Source: Amphiscolops sp. MND2022 (lineage: Eukaryota). Taken from it: a DNA stretch of 64,000 nt. Within the stretch, counting starts at the first letter, position 1. Every line of letters starts with the position of its first letter. The stretch lies in assembly GCA_964187785.1 (NCBI GenBank), contig OZ076409.1, positions 54,686,001 to 54,750,000 of the forward strand, read 5' to 3'. Positions 37,925 to 52,000 of this stretch are shown here, in pieces. The translations under genes and the position numbers were made by a program. The notes under the pieces are model-generated. The model ran no database searches and was not told the origin of the DNA. It was given only the letters and a program-made list of their open reading frames with translations.

Positions 37925-38396
37925 CTATCAACCGAAACATTGCTTTTAAAACAAAAAAATCGAACTTACTCTCACTGATTTTGGTTCAAAAATGACATGA
38001 AAACTAATATTTTGTCCGGCTAAGTGACCGGCTAAGAAAACAATATTTTGTCAGTGAAACATATACTTGGTGACCAGCAAAAAAATACACGTATTGTTTT
38101 TCGCTCCAATCAAGAACAAAATATGACGGGACAAAACATCAAAATGGACTTCTCAAAACGCGCTTCCAGACTGCCTGTGATAAACATGGGTATTTAGCCA
38201 TTTGTAGATTGAAATTCGAAGTACCTGCCAATTCTGCCCGAGGTTGTTCTCGAAATTAATGTTGGTCAGAATGATTGACTAGCAACAAAACGAAACAGAA
38301 ATCTTTGAAATTTTTGCTGACAAATGTTCACGTTGTCAAACTTACAAAACTTCGTCTTTGCGGGTCACCTTTTTTTACATTTGGCAACCTACTTAC

Positions 38397-38531
38397 TGAG
38401 GCCGTAGTCAATAGTGCGAATGAAGGTGGAAGGGTTCTGTTCGATGTAGAAATTGGCCGTGACCTGGGTGGCCGAGAGGTCAGCGTAGGGTCTCGCCCAG
38501 GTTAGGTTCAGCAGCGAGCTGTGGTAAGCAT
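38397..38531 (-). CDS. Cys-loop channel exon (loops B, F, C)
   Basis: Acceptor ttttaacag, donor gtaagt; splicing gives FESYAYHSSLLNLTW...TIDYGLSGVW; 135 nt, phase 1/1. Confidence 0.9.
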
Positions 38532-39619
38532 CTGTTAAAAATTGAAATAATGTTGACAAATCCAACAACATTTGTTTACATATTTCACAAGTTTCCGTCT
38601 TTTCCTGCAAATAACAAACCCATCTGCAATAAAAGCCCATGTGTTCTATCTATTTTGAGTTGGCAATGATGTAAAAATGAAATGCAAGTTGAATATTCGT
38701 TATTTCAGATCTAGTTTATCAGATCGTCGTCCCACTTTTACCCGTTATTGCTAAAACTCAATTAAAAACTTATAATGTCGGAAAACACGGTTCATAAAAT
38801 GAATTTACAGTTTTTCATCAAACATGCTTCTACTTCAGAACTCAACTTGGGTTTCTACTACAAATTTAGTACATCGGAAGACAGTTTTTGGTAGGGTGGA
38901 TAGATACACACAACTGAAAAACTCAACCAAAAACCATCTTAGATTCTGCAATTTTCCTCAACTTTGACTGTGATTTCTAAGCACGTAGATGTTCATTCAA
39001 TTATGTAATACTTTAATTCATCTACGGTTCTCAATTTTTTAACTTCTCAGAATTGTTTCCCGCCTTCGTGAATCTTGTTGTTCAACAAATCTGTCTATCC
39101 ATCCTGAAAAAATCAGTATAAGGGATTATAAAAAAACAAATGGCCGCCATAAGTGTAAATATTGGTCGCAGAGCTATCCACGAGGGAGCTACAATTGTTC
39201 TATACCAACTATGTAGGAAAATGTGTTGCGTATTTTTTGGACAAGGTCAATATGAATTATGTGACACACCTTTTCCCAACCCTAAAAAGAAAACAGCAAT
39301 TTTGTTATATTCATTGCTAGAACCCAGAAAAATTGCACATCAAAATCTGTACTGGTTAAATACACAAGAAATTTAACCCGTTCACCTTAGAACAAAATCA
39401 TTGCCATTTACAAATTCGTTGAGACAATTTGTTTTTGCAAGTTTTGTGGAACTTATAACGGCAAAAGACACATCCTATTGTTTTTGTGGTTGGTATTGTG
39501 TTCTCCCAAGTAAGATATTTTCTATAATTTGAATCAATATTTGGAAACTAAAACGTACATATAACGAGCTCAAAATGATGACCGTATTATATCGTTAGTT
39601 TCTTTCGTGTGGTTTCACA

Positions 39620-42600
39620 AGCAGGTTTCGTCTGTGACCGAAACGCGGCAGAGGTCATATTAATCGAATGAACCGTATTTCCTACTCCCTCCCGTGTCAT
39701 TTACACCTGTGAGGTTCCGGGTGGTGTCATCTCTCCCGGCATAAAGACTGTGGGCTCATGTACTTTCTCCAGTTCTGGAGTTCCTTTAGTTCTGCTCTGA
39801 ATTGGACCTGTAACAAACTTAATAATTTGATCCTATCCAAATGTTTTTTGTATGGGGTATGCTAACGTGTCTTTTAGCAATTCGGCTGAACCGCTTGTAT
39901 TTTTTGTAAATTTCTCACCCTGCGGAAGTTGTCCGTCCGCATGCGTTTGAATGACATCATTCTCCATATCAGTATCTCCGGGGCGTATCTTCTGTCTGTT
40001 TTTGATGTGTCGTAGCTCTTTCAGGCGTCTTCCGACATTTCGTCGTCATCATCGTCATCGTCGTCTTACGAATCTTTTTCGGTTTTTTCGTTTTGTACTC
40101 TTCTCAGTTTGCCATTGTGAAGGTAACGCAAGATATCGTCTGATTTCCCGTAATTCCCTTCAAGATAACGGAGGCAGTATTGATTTTTCGGAGAGATTTC
40201 TTCTGAGATCGTTGGCATTATTGGTTTCAGATTCTTTGCTTCGGTCTAATATAGTGAACCAGAAATAAATTTTCCGTGAAATATTTTTTCTGTATCTGCC
40301 TTTACAGTATTACCGGTTCCACTAACTGCAGTTTGCATTTTTGTTTGAAACTTACCTTCTAAGGATTTTCGGTCATGATTTGTTTCACAAAATTGAATGG
40401 ATATCTTACCGGAATTTTCTTCTTTGGAGATTTAAACTCACAAGCCAGCTGCTTCTCTTCGGTTTTGGTTCTTGCCATTATCACGTGATTCGATATCTTG
40501 CCATCCGCATCTCTGCCGGCATGCTTTGATATCTTTGGCCTTTTTGGTGCTCAAACAGACAATTTTGACCAATCTGATCAAATCGATTCACCGTCTCTTT
40601 TAAAATCTGTAAGTTCGGTTCTCGGTTTTCTACCGTGGTGTAATTCAAATGGCGTCATTTTATATCCGGTTTCTTTTGTCAGTTTCAATGCTCGGTTATT
40701 ACTTTCTGGTGAACATTCATCGTCTTCTAAGTTTGCGGTAATTGGGTTTTTCATGGTTTGTATCGCTTGTTCTAATCCGCTCTTTCGGTATACCATTCAG
40801 GGTGAATGGTATTCAATTTCATCATCCAGGCTCTCGCAAAATTCTTTGTATTTATTTGGTAGAAGTGGTCTCCTTTTGTCCGACTTGATTTTCTCGGGTA
40901 TTCTGTATTAATTGAAGTTACTCATTAGAAACAGGAAAGGGAAATTTGCAACATTTCCTCTGTCGGCTATCTGCTCAACCGATCTTTTGCGAAAAATACT
41001 TTTACTTCTCCGTTTATATTTTTGTTCTGTAGCTTTCAAGGAACATCTTGTATGTCTCGGCCCGATTCGGATAGAATTTTTAGTTTACCACATTTTTTAG
41101 AAATCGATGTTTAAGGTTCTAACCTGTTGTATGTAAGGCCGGCTGTCCAATCTTAAACCTTTTGCTCAATGTCTTTCCGTACTTACGGCCACCAAAAGAA
41201 GTTTCCTCGGCTCTCATCTTGGTAACACCAGGATGGCCAAAGTAAGTATGTCCAGTAGTCGAATACGGTATTGCTATCTGGTCATCCATCGAGATTAGGC
41301 CTCACCGAATCGAAAGTGTTCCTGAAACAGTTTTACAACCTTCCAGAGCTGTCTCTTTATCTCTCGTCTCATACTTGACTACACTCTTGTTGTCTCGGAG
41401 GTGGTGGGGCCCGTTTTGATGCCAAAGTTTTCAGATTCAGCATAAAGTCGAATTCTGCCTTCTTTATGCAGTCATCTGCTACTTTCTTGCTCGTCGTCAG
41501 CTGTTTTACAAAATGATTGATCTGTATAAGGTGAGCTTCTTTCCGTTCTGTGTGGTATTTGCTCAAATCCACTCTGGGTACATTTGCCGCTCACATTATA
41601 ACCTTATCTTGTTCGGTATCAACCGGAATTTGTTCATTGTCGATAGCAAAGTCTTTCAGATTTTCGGCTTCTTCTTTTTCCTCGCGTACTGGCTGCACGG
41701 GCTGGCATCCGTTCCCGTCTGGTAAGCTCTATGTGGTAGCTCCGCGGCGATTTCCGCATTTTCTTTGCATCTTCTTTTATTTGGTCGTGACGGTGCAAAA
41801 ACCGTCCTCTGTGATTGGGGATCATAGCTTCTCCTCATGACTCCCTGTCTTGACAGTGTTTCTCTTCTTTACAACAGTCTCCTTATTTCCGGGCTTTTAT
41901 ATCTTCGGCGGATTATGTCCATGACTTCCTTGGTGCTCCCAAAAAACAAAGATTCTCGCGGTTTATGTCCTGACTTTCTGCGTTGAATGAACTTGACTTC
42001 ACGGTCCTTATATCGAACTGCCCAGATAAAGATGTTTCCTTTTTCGCTTTTTGCTCACGTGGTAATTGTCCTGGACTGTTCTATTCAAGATTGATTGGTG
42101 GATTTCTTGTTCTTCTCTTCGGATGTGTTCATTTTGGCTGTGGTTATCTGTTTTTCGTTTGTGATTGGTTGGCGAATAGCGAGCCGCATTTCGCGTTCAA
42201 TATTGCGTCTTTGCGTACCATGTTTATTAGGTAAACTTCGTCGTGTATATCTTCGCATATCAATCCTCCTACAAGATTCCTGCTCCAAAAATCTGTAAAC
42301 TTCAAATTGCTTACAGCAATATGTTGGACTGCAATATCGAAGTGTGCTAAACTGTCTGGCCATTTGGTCAATCTTGAACTGTATTGGTGATTATTCCGAT
42401 TCCGTTTCATTAGCAGTTCTAATGCTTGATGCTCCGTATATAAAAGTACTTTCATTCGGTACAAACTAAATCGGAATTTTTCTAATCCCCAAACTACCGC
42501 TAGTAGATCCAGTTCACCGGTAGAGTAGTCTTTTCCGTATCGTTTAGGTATCTACTACCCAATGCGATCGGTTTTATGTCTCCAGTATGATGTTTCTGCG

Positions 42601-43640
42601 GCAGGGTGATACCGAGACCGGTTTCACTAGTATCTGTCATGACCATGTTTTCTTTGTCTTTTGCTTAGTGTGCTTAAAATGCTTTTTCGGTTACCATCCA
42701 ATTAATTTGATTATATTCCTTCTCTTGGTCATTTCACCTTTTCCTTGGTTCATTCTTTTTCAATAATTTTTTGGGGTAAAACTTTTCACTTCTTTTGTAT
42801 CATTCGGTGATTTTAGCTTCGAAATTGCTCAAACTTTTTCTTCGTTCGGTTTGATTCCATTTTCATTAAATTCGTGTCCCAGCCATTTTGTTCGTTTCAA
42901 GAAGAATTTGAATTTGTTCACTTGCTCGGTGTCCGGCTCTTTCGAGTTTTGATAACACATCGAATAGTTTCGTTTCGTGTTCCTAATTATTTCCACGCGT
43001 TACAACTAATCGTGCAACTATGCCGGGATACTGTATTCTAGTGTTTGCGTTCGTGCTCTTGTTTATTTCCACGCGGTAATATCGTCTGACTACGCGGTCT
43101 TTTTTAAACAACTGTCAATCAATTTTCGGTTGTTCTTTCGATTTTCACCGATTTGAGTTTTTTTACTGTAATTACGACCGGTGAAACAGCCTTCATTCAC
43201 ATTATTTGTATTATCTAAATGTCCGGCTATAATAAATATCTCCAATTTTCTTCTCATATCTTCTTGAAGGTGTGGCGGTTTTGGCCTAGCTTTCTGTTTC
43301 ACCGGGTAATGTCCCAGTTCAAGTTGTTTGTCTAATTTAGCATCTTTTATTGTTCGTTTTTTCTCTTCAACTATATCTGAAAATTTTGTGAATACTTTCT
43401 CGTTCTCTGATGGGTTGTTTTCAGTCAATTGATTCTTCCTATTATCAGTTAAAATTTACACATCCAGTCCATTTCAAGTAATTTTGTTATATTCGTTCAT
43501 TCGCGTATCATTATATCCATAATTTGATTATCACTTTTCGTTTCAGGGTACCCAGAATTTCAATTCGTTCTTGTTTCGTTCTTGTTTACCTTCCTTGATT
43601 TTGACTTGAGACGAAATATTTTGCGAGGATAGATGACTAC
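39620..43640 (-). mobile_element. Heavily decayed Ty3/Gypsy pol fragment in an intron (boundaries approximate)
   Basis: PVKQKARP.P.HLQED (RT start, ~43290); ELDLLAVVWGLEKFR and LYTEHQAL...QYSSRLTKW (RNase H, ~42510-42360); GHPGVTKM (integrase Zn finger, ~41230); TPFELHHGRKPRTEL (integrase core, ~40650). Confidence 0.9.
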
Positions 43641-44608
43641 TTAGGGTTGTCAGCAGTGTGCAACTTTTTCAAAAAAACCCGGAACAAAAATATGGTTTTT
43701 TGTTGTTTCCAGTTGAGTGAAAAGTGGTTTTTTAGTTTTGCGTATCTGTTTGGGTACTTTTGGCACTGTAGAAATGAGGAACGTTTAACTATAGTGTCTT
43801 TTCGCATGTTTAAAAATCTTTACTTTTTTGAACTTTTTGAATCTTTTTGAGTGTCAAAATGGGAAGAAAGACAGTGAAGAAAATCAGAAGAATATCGTTC
43901 AACGTGTATTTTCTAATCAGCTACTGTCAAAACAAGGTACAAGATATTTCATTATGAAAAGTTTTGAACAGGAGCGCTGCATCCGACCTAGTTGCAGTTT
44001 CGGCCGGTAGAACTATTTTTTCTAGATTAACGTCATGCTTCAATTTCTGTCGATCAAAATGTACAATATTCTGACCTAAATAGATTATGCCCAAACCAAA
44101 ATATATAAGAGCGTTAGTTGCAAAGAAAAAAGTTGTCAGTTGGTAAGAATTGAGGACCCAGGTTTTGCCCCAAAAGGTAAAAATATAGATGCGCTATTTT
44201 CGAAATAAGCGTAATATTTTAACGTTTTATCCGAAGAACTTTCCGTTCTGTAACAAATATTGCTATTTGCATGTTTAAATTCATAATTATTAAAAGTTTG
44301 CTACTCACTAAAATTGACCCCACAACATAATGCCAGGGAACAAACCCATTGAGCTACTGGAAATCTATTTTTTCCATTCAGACTTAAATGCAATTTAAAA
44401 CAGAGGTGAGATTTCTTGCGCAACGTGATCGAAATACTAGAAGTGCCAATATTACTTTAGGGTAGCTCGATCTTATCTGGAACGTTTCAAAGTTTGCCTG
44501 AATGTTTTGGCACCTAAAGTAACTCTCTGTTGACTCAGTAATCAATCTAATTATTTGATAACTAGTAAAAAGATCCATCTACATGAGTACGAATTAAAAG
44601 TTACTAAC

Positions 44609-44939
44609 AGCTTTCGAAGCATGCGTTGCACAGTTGTACGTCAAGGGGAAAGTATTTGAGTTTGAGGTCGCATCTGATTTTGAGCAGAAGTCTGTGCGAA
44701 AAGAAAATTTCACCCGTTTTCTTCAGCTCCGTGTAGTAGGTCTTGGACAGTATGCCAGGCTGACTCACGTCCACAGCGTCTATCCAAAACACGCTAGGCA
44801 GCCAGATCAAGTCTATATACTCTTCCGACAGCTGGATCTTATCGCTGTTATTTCCAAACTCGGCAGTCACGTAATTGTAGACATCTATCAGTCGCTCGTC
44901 TTTCCAACTTTGCCGGAAGTACATGTCCAGTGATATTTG
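44609..44939 (-). CDS. Cys-loop channel exon (loops D, A, E and the Cys loop)
   Basis: Acceptor ttttttcag, donor gttagt; LDMYFRQSWKDERL, IWLPSVFW, and signature C-x13-C CDLKLKYFPLDVQLC; 331 nt, phase 0/1. Confidence 0.96.
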
Positions 44940-45385
44940 CTGAAAAAATCAATGCTTAAATTGAAAAAAAAATCTTTAATTTGGGGTTTTCCGAAATATA
45001 TTTTCAATATAAAATAACAAATTTTAGTTTAATTAAATTTACATCCATTTTTCAGCCCTAGTGGGCAATTTTTAACTCAGAAAATAGACTTGAGTCCTTT
45101 TGGATTTATTCATTAAATGGCCTTGAGACATTTGGACTTTGTAATACAGGTCAGGCTCAGAGGAATCTAAAACTTACAAACAAAACTAAGAGGTCAGTCA
45201 AAAGTCATGGTTTGCGATCCTTTCAAATGGCTTTGCTTCTTCTAATTATTCTAATTTTTAACCACCAAAGATGCCTTCTATAGTCTGAATTTTAGTGATG
45301 TCTCAAAATCTATTTTATGCTTCTCACTGAATGCCGATTTTTGTTGCAGTTTTTTGAATTGAATGAACTGTTTGTTTTATAAACT

Positions 45386-45937
45386 AAACAAGCCGGGAAC
45401 GGCCAAAGTCGGCGCTATATCTAAGGCTCAAAATTGTAAAAGGGGGGACCCTTTGGGCTTTGTGAAACTCCAGTTGGTTGCAAAAAAGTTAAAGGGAGAT
45501 CTTTGGGAGATTTCAAAAAAATTCGGGACAAAAAATTTTAAAATGAGATTTTCGAACAGTGTCACAGTGCCGAAAAATGTAAAAGGGGGACCCCTTGGGA
45601 TTTTTTGACATCCATTGTGTTGCAAAATATCGAAACAAACGAAAGGGAGACCCTTTGGTAGAATCTAAAAAACTTTAAAAAAAATGCATTGTGCCGAGAA
45701 AAATCTAAGTGAAAAACACCTAGACAACCAAAGTGTGTTTTCGATGTTGTGGACGTCGGTTTTGTTTCTTTTTGTATTGGCGAGGTTCTGAGGTTTAGTG
45801 TATTGAACCTCCGTAGTTCATCAAGTTGTTGAACAAATGAACAAAAAAGTGGACCGATCGCGTTCAACTGCCGAAAAAGAAAAAAAAACTAGCCACTGTA
45901 AGAGTCGTGCATTTTCTTCGAAAACGCTGACTAAAAA
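45386..45937 (-). mobile_element. Helentron-associated (HINE/DINE-1-like) non-autonomous element
   Basis: Asymmetric subterminal inverted repeats agtcggcgc (45407) and acgctgact (45924); short GC hairpin and ...cttgttt at the 3' end; T-run at the 5' end; internal degenerate tandem repeats. Confidence 0.6.
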
Positions 45938-46699
45938 GATGTTCGTTCAACTATTATAAAGCACGTTTCAAAGAGTATTTCATCCGAAAGTATCATAAAA
46001 ACATAGTGATTGACAAACACCTGGAAAATGTGGGCGATAACAAAGCTTTCATCTCTTCCCCCGAATTTCTATTTTTCATTGCCCGTACACCTAATGTAAA
46101 CCGCTTTCTTGCCGTCTATGTTGTATTTCTAGTCTATTTAAAGCCGAAAGTTGATTTGCTGTGATACACTTCAGTACAATAATTTTCTTCACTTCAGTTG
46201 CATAATCTTGCATATCATTCGCATTCAAGTTATGTACATGTACACTGTCTACTGTAGTGGTATCGTTTTTTCGCGTACTAGGATCAAGTTTCAAAAGTTA
46301 TGTTTTTCTTCGTTAGATAAGTTTATATGGAACACCTAGACAAAAAGGCAGAAAAGGAAGCTAATTTCTACAAGGTGAAAATTTAACATATTAGGTCATT
46401 ATTAGCATGTTAGTCTTTTCAAATGAATCGTGTGATCACATCCCTCTGTCACCGTTGAATAAAGCACACAATTACCAAGGAATCATTCCATCTAAGAAAA
46501 TAAAAGATGAAAAGTTAACTTAATTGGATTTATTTCATGATGTTTCATTCAAACGAAGCACTGAAACAATGAAACGATGATATCCAATTACGTTGAGAAA
46601 AGAGCATCAACTTTGAAACACAACCTTTGAGTATAAGGTATTATAATTTGAAGATGCAAATGAAATAGAAAAAGAGCGTAAAGAGTTTATTGTTGTCGA

Positions 46700-47140
46700 A
46701 GATGTAGAGTGCTGAGAGTTAAACTGTGCATTAAACTTCCTTTTTGCCATTGGTCATTGAATGTATATTAGTGTGTAGAAAATTGACGGGAGTTAACCAA
46801 TTGGGGCTTTTACAGAGCGCTTTCTGTAGGACTTTTTGTTTCCTTAGAGTTCTTGCTCTAATTAGAGGCAGACAACCTTTCAATTTAGGCATTGTTACAT
46901 GTTTTTTTCACCTACAGTCGAGTTCATTTCAGGCAAAATATTGCGAGAGATTGTGATGGAATCTGTCTAAAAGTTCCTTAACAAGTTCAATTAATTATTG
47001 TTCAAACACCATTTAACTTTTCAAAAAGTTTTAGTTCAAACAATTGCTCATAGTATTCGCCGTTGAGCCATTTCAATCTTTTTGAGGTAACTTTTCGCAC
47101 CGTTCCGTATATTAGTAGTCTATAGCAGCTTTAATATTTG
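46700..47140 (-). mobile_element. Decayed 3' fragment of a non-LTR retrotransposon
   Basis: Minus-strand pieces LLIYG...YLKKIEMAQRRIL...ELVKELL resemble the post-RT C-terminus of CR1/L2-group LINEs. Confidence 0.55.
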
Positions 47141-47717
47141 TCATATGAATTATAAAATTATATTTATAATTTAATAAAAAGATTATCGTAAAGCATCTGT
47201 TGTCATAAAATGTCGAGTTCTATCGGTGAGACCACAAAATTTGTTTTGTTTTTGGACCGCGTAGCCAATATGGCGATTGAACCCTAGCAAGCCATCTAAA
47301 TGGACACTAGCGTGTTTGAAAGACATTTTTGTTGCAACACATTCCCCCATTATTCAAAAATTGTTCCAGTTTTCCGGATCACGTTTGTTTGTATTGACAG
47401 ATAACCTTTTCGACATGTATCAGTCTGTTATTAGGTTTAATTTCTCTAATGGTTTATTATTCGTTTTTTACCTGCCTTTAGTAGACTGGTATCATCAGCA
47501 AAAACGGCAACTTTACGTCGTTGTCACAATTTCATAAATCATTAAAATAAAGAGAAAATAGGAACGTTGATAGGGCTACACTTTTAAGGCGACGAGAAAA
47601 GAATTGTTTAGGTCGTTTTTAAAACTTCCAATCCCAAGACATTTTTAGCAGCTTGTTGTGGTAGCTTGGCGTTGCAGCATTGGAAACCGAATCACTGTGT
47701 CTTAGTCATCGCATTCC

Positions 47718-49077
47718 AAAACAAGCCAGAACGGCATAAGTCGGCGCCCCGCTTAAGACTCAAAATAACAAAAGTAGTTCAAAGCGTAAAGTATTCTTTT
47801 TCGAAACATTTTGACAGTACCGAAAAAGCAACCTTTTCGAAGGGGGAGCATAATTTTCGAACTTCCGTCACCTCTCTAGAAAAGCACAATTTACTTCGGT
47901 TATAACGTCAAAAAATGGAATATAGCGCAAAATTTTGAACCTCCGCCTTCTCCTAAGTAAAACGAAATGCACTTCGTATATGGCGTCAAAAGTTGGAATA
48001 AAAGCGCGCTGGGGCAAATCGAGCGCTTTATTTTGAATCTCTGCCTCGTCCTTTATAAAACCAATTTTTTTCGGATATAACGTAGAAAATTCGAATATAG
48101 CGCGATATTTTGTCCATGTCTTGTAGAACTTTTGGTATAACTTTTTTCTCAGTTCGTGTGGATTGAAAAAAAAGAAGCACTATTATAATCGCATTTCACT
48201 TCAGGGAGCGCAGACTAAAAATGTTTCTGACAGTTACATTGACGATTTTCTTTCTCTGGATATATATGAATTGCCAACTTTCCAAAAATCATTGTTCATA
48301 CTCTGTTTTTGGGCACCAATTGACCCAGTGGTTAGAGTTCGTGGTTGAAGTTATTGAAACTTTTGTGGCACGAATTACTAATACTGTAGAAAACTAATAC
48401 TTCTATAAATTACTCCGAAGAACAAGTCGTTCGCGCAGATTTGTTTTCTATTTCAATCTATTATAGCGACAACAAAATTTTCAGAGTTACTACGATAGTA
48501 GCCGATATTCTACATTATTTGCAACAAGTTTTCCAAATTTTCATTTTCCTGTTAGTTTTGGTTGATCTCAGACCTTTTTGGTTCCAAAATACTTCAAATT
48601 TCTAAATAAAAAGTATGCGAAGTAGCCACTAGTTTTGTAGTTAAATACTGGATGTTCACATACACGGAAACGTTCACCAATTATACAAAAAAAATCTTTA
48701 AATTGTCAAACAATTGGAATGTTTGGTATTGTACACACATTTCGGGGCATATTTTTTTACAGACGCTTTTTTCAAAAAGTTTCATTTATCTCCGGAAAGA
48801 TATATTGTACGAACCTATTTTTTTTGTCGTTGAGTATCGAAATACAGCGTAGTAAATTTGGGGGAAAACGCACCTGAAGGATTCCTTTTCCTTTCTCATA
48901 TGGCAAAAAAAGCCGTTTTCCAAGTCTTTAGGGTGACTTCTCTGATCCGATGGGATTGATGGGAGTTTTGTCAATAATTGTGGAAAAGACAGTGTGAACT
49001 TGATAGAACTTTTTACAAGTGTCCCTTAGCATAGTTACAACACTACTTTGAAATTTGATTAAGGCGCCGACTTGTTT
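47718..49077 (-). mobile_element. HINE/DINE-1-like element (~1.36 kb)
   Basis: Perfect 11-bp subterminal IR aagtcggcgcc (47738-47748) and ggcgccgactt (49063-49073); hairpin gcc-agaac-ggc next to aaacaag; internal ~85-bp repeats shared with 23000-23350. Confidence 0.6.
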
Positions 49078-52000
49078 ACAGCAGCAATAATAAAATTTTA
49101 TCCAGCAAAATTGCAGATAGTAGGATAGTACTTAATAGTGGTTTTCAAGAAAATGATAGTAGCATAGTTCATTCAGAAAAGACGAAAAGTTTAGTCCGTA
49201 GGCAACTGATTCGAAAAAAAATTGACTGAAGCGAAATCTTTTAGCTTTGAAAGAAACGGACCATGACAAAACAATATTCACGGAAGATACAGAAGACGAT
49301 ATGATTCCTAGCCACGTTGACAGCTCTTTCTCTTTTTGTCACATTATGTGATGGATTTGTTTTATTAGCTTTAACTATTCGTGGAGAAAGCCCCACTACA
49401 ACTCAATTAAACCCGTAGGTACCATGCACGAGACAAGAACTGGCTGAGTATCTACATGAATTTTTATTAACTTCGAAGGAAAAGAAGAATCAACTCGATC
49501 GCAGACAGTGGGTGTAGGTGTGACAAAGAAATGACGATTTTTTAATATTTTGTATTCTGTTCCTTTACTTCCTTTACCTGGGGTTGTCTGGTTACTCTTC
49601 AGCTGTTTCAAGGTGTCCTTTCAAGAATGAAACGAGCAGTTTGAGCATCAATTAATACGCAATAAAGAGATAAGGTGATAAATAGACACAAACTCAATCT
49701 CACAACCACGCCTGATAGAATGAATTATATAATAAGATTGAGAATACCGGCGAATAGTCGAATCGTAATGGAAAGCTTATAAGACAAGAACTCAATAAGC
49801 AACGGTTTCAGCAATGGTTGATATGGCTATCCGTGAGGATAGAATATGATATCTGCAAGAGATCGAATGAAGCTCAGACTTTCGCTTTCGGTTTTGGAGT
49901 GAAAGCAATTTTCGGTGTATTCTAGGTCGAATTACCCCGTTCCTGGTATTCTGAGGCAACTTAAACCACTCCGTGTAATCTAGGGCCACTCAAGCCAATC
50001 CTTGTATTCTAGGGCCACTTAACCTGTATTACATGTGAAATATGAAAAACGACAGTCCAGCTGTCAAGCCTGCTGCCGGATCAAAATTCGTTTGAAGGGC
50101 TGGTGGTGCAGCAATAGATCTGGCATCTTCGAATCTTTGTAAAAGATTGAAGGAACGGGCTAAGTAAATCTGCAACTTTGATAACCCGGGATGCTATCGG
50201 ACGCAGCAAACCGTTCTCTAGACTTCAACTCACTTTGTGTGTGTTCGGAATGGCGCACACTTTTGTCAGAGTTACTTTTTTGTCAATTCAGTCATTTAGG
50301 TAGGCTTATTTTGTCATCATTCCAATTTTGAGTATAGACTAAGTGTTGACTAAAATTTAGGCCTGACTAAGTGTTGAGTAAAACAGTTTTCCCTACTTCG
50401 GTACTAAAAGTTCATCAGAAGTACATTTTCTCATCATTAGTCAGTCGTGGTTCCACCTTCTTGTCAATCATGGGTAGTGGTTTCACTTCGTTTTCAGTTG
50501 AATTTAGGGGAAGTTATTACCGACTCATTTTTCCCACTTTTGCAGACACTACTTTAACTACGGTTCAATGATTGACAATTGCACTTTTTGTCAGGTTTTT
50601 TTCTCACACGATCCATGACAACTCTCGTCAGTAACAGCAAATCTTGGTTGAAGGAAAAACTTCCCAACAAATTACAATGGCCTAAATAGCAACTTTATTT
50701 CACATCGCAAAAAGTCGATTTAGGAGTTACACCATCAAAGGCAAATCTAGGTGTTCCAATCAATGGGGGCAAGTTGTTTGCTCTTTAGAGGAGTTCTCAA
50801 TCTTGTTTCAACAAAATTTGGTGGCACTTTTTCTGAAAACAGTCATTTTCCAAATTTTGGTGACCTGACCTCCAACATTGAAGGACAATACCTCACAACC
50901 AAGTCATTTTTCGGAAAAACACTCATTCTAAGTGTTGTGCGCCATACTCTTGTGCGTCTAACCTGGACGTTTTAGATCAATATCGCCCCGGGGGTTAGCA
51001 GTTTGTGGTTGGTATAAACAATTGTCAAAATAAAATCTAAATTTTCAATTTATTGGGGTTTTTCGCTAGCGCACCGCAGCGCTCTATTTAATACTTCATT
51101 CATCTGTCCACTTCAATTCGCAAGTACGCTGCAAAAGGGGCGGCTATTGTGCGCTTAAACGTTGAGTACTAGGCAATAACATGCGAAAAACGCCTGTTGT
51201 GGCTAATTTTAGGCCTTTTCCAATGTTTGTTGTCTCAAATCTCATAAACTACTGAATATTCTTTATTTTCCAATTGTCACACGTTAGACACTACATTTAT
51301 CTTTATTTTGAGCAGTTTCCGAAGCTTCTGACGGTTGTAACGATGACAAAAATTTTTTAAAAGAAAGTCATTTTTGAACACTCATTAAAAATTCAAAAGA
51401 ACTCATTCTCAAATCCTCCTCCAGCCAAGTTCTCGTTGTCGCACAAAACTCATACGAATGCTGTCGAATGCTGCAAACCGTTTGTTGATATATTTTTCTT
51501 TCTTCAAGAAATCAGGTTTTGATTTTTTATTTTGATAAAGGAGGGATGATTCAAAGTGTGTAGCGCACAGTCACTCACAACGCATTCTCAATTTCATTCC
51601 GTTCGCTTTCTCCCACGCTTTGGTGAGTTACATTTTGTGCTTATACCGCTCACTGTGAAGTTTCTAATTCACTTACTGTTGAAATTCGTTCCTCGAACGC
51701 TCTTCAAAATTTACGCAACTTGTAGTCAGGTTAAAGAAGAACATTTTTACGATTTAATTTTTCTTATATTCGCAATAGTTACAGAGAAATTCGATGTCAA
51801 GGTCTTTTCCGATCGAAATTTTTATACATAGTTTTAGGTGGTGGCGGCGGTATTGCTTTAATACGTTACGCGGTCGCTTCATAGCAGCTAAGAAAAGTTA
51901 TTTTGGTTGTCAACGTGAATGAAGACGAAAGTATTGTCATGAAACAATAAGGCGAGGTACTTGAAGTACTTACTGGTATCTTTACTTTCATACCTATCAC

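Noticed and set aside
46920..47000. ELVKELLDR as the channel N-terminal helix
   Set aside because: Better explained as part of the LINE C-terminal remnant, and followed by a stop.
49396..49710. Signal-peptide-like and PVLVSCM frames as candidate 5' exons
   Set aside because: In-frame stops and no phase-compatible donor joining to 44939.
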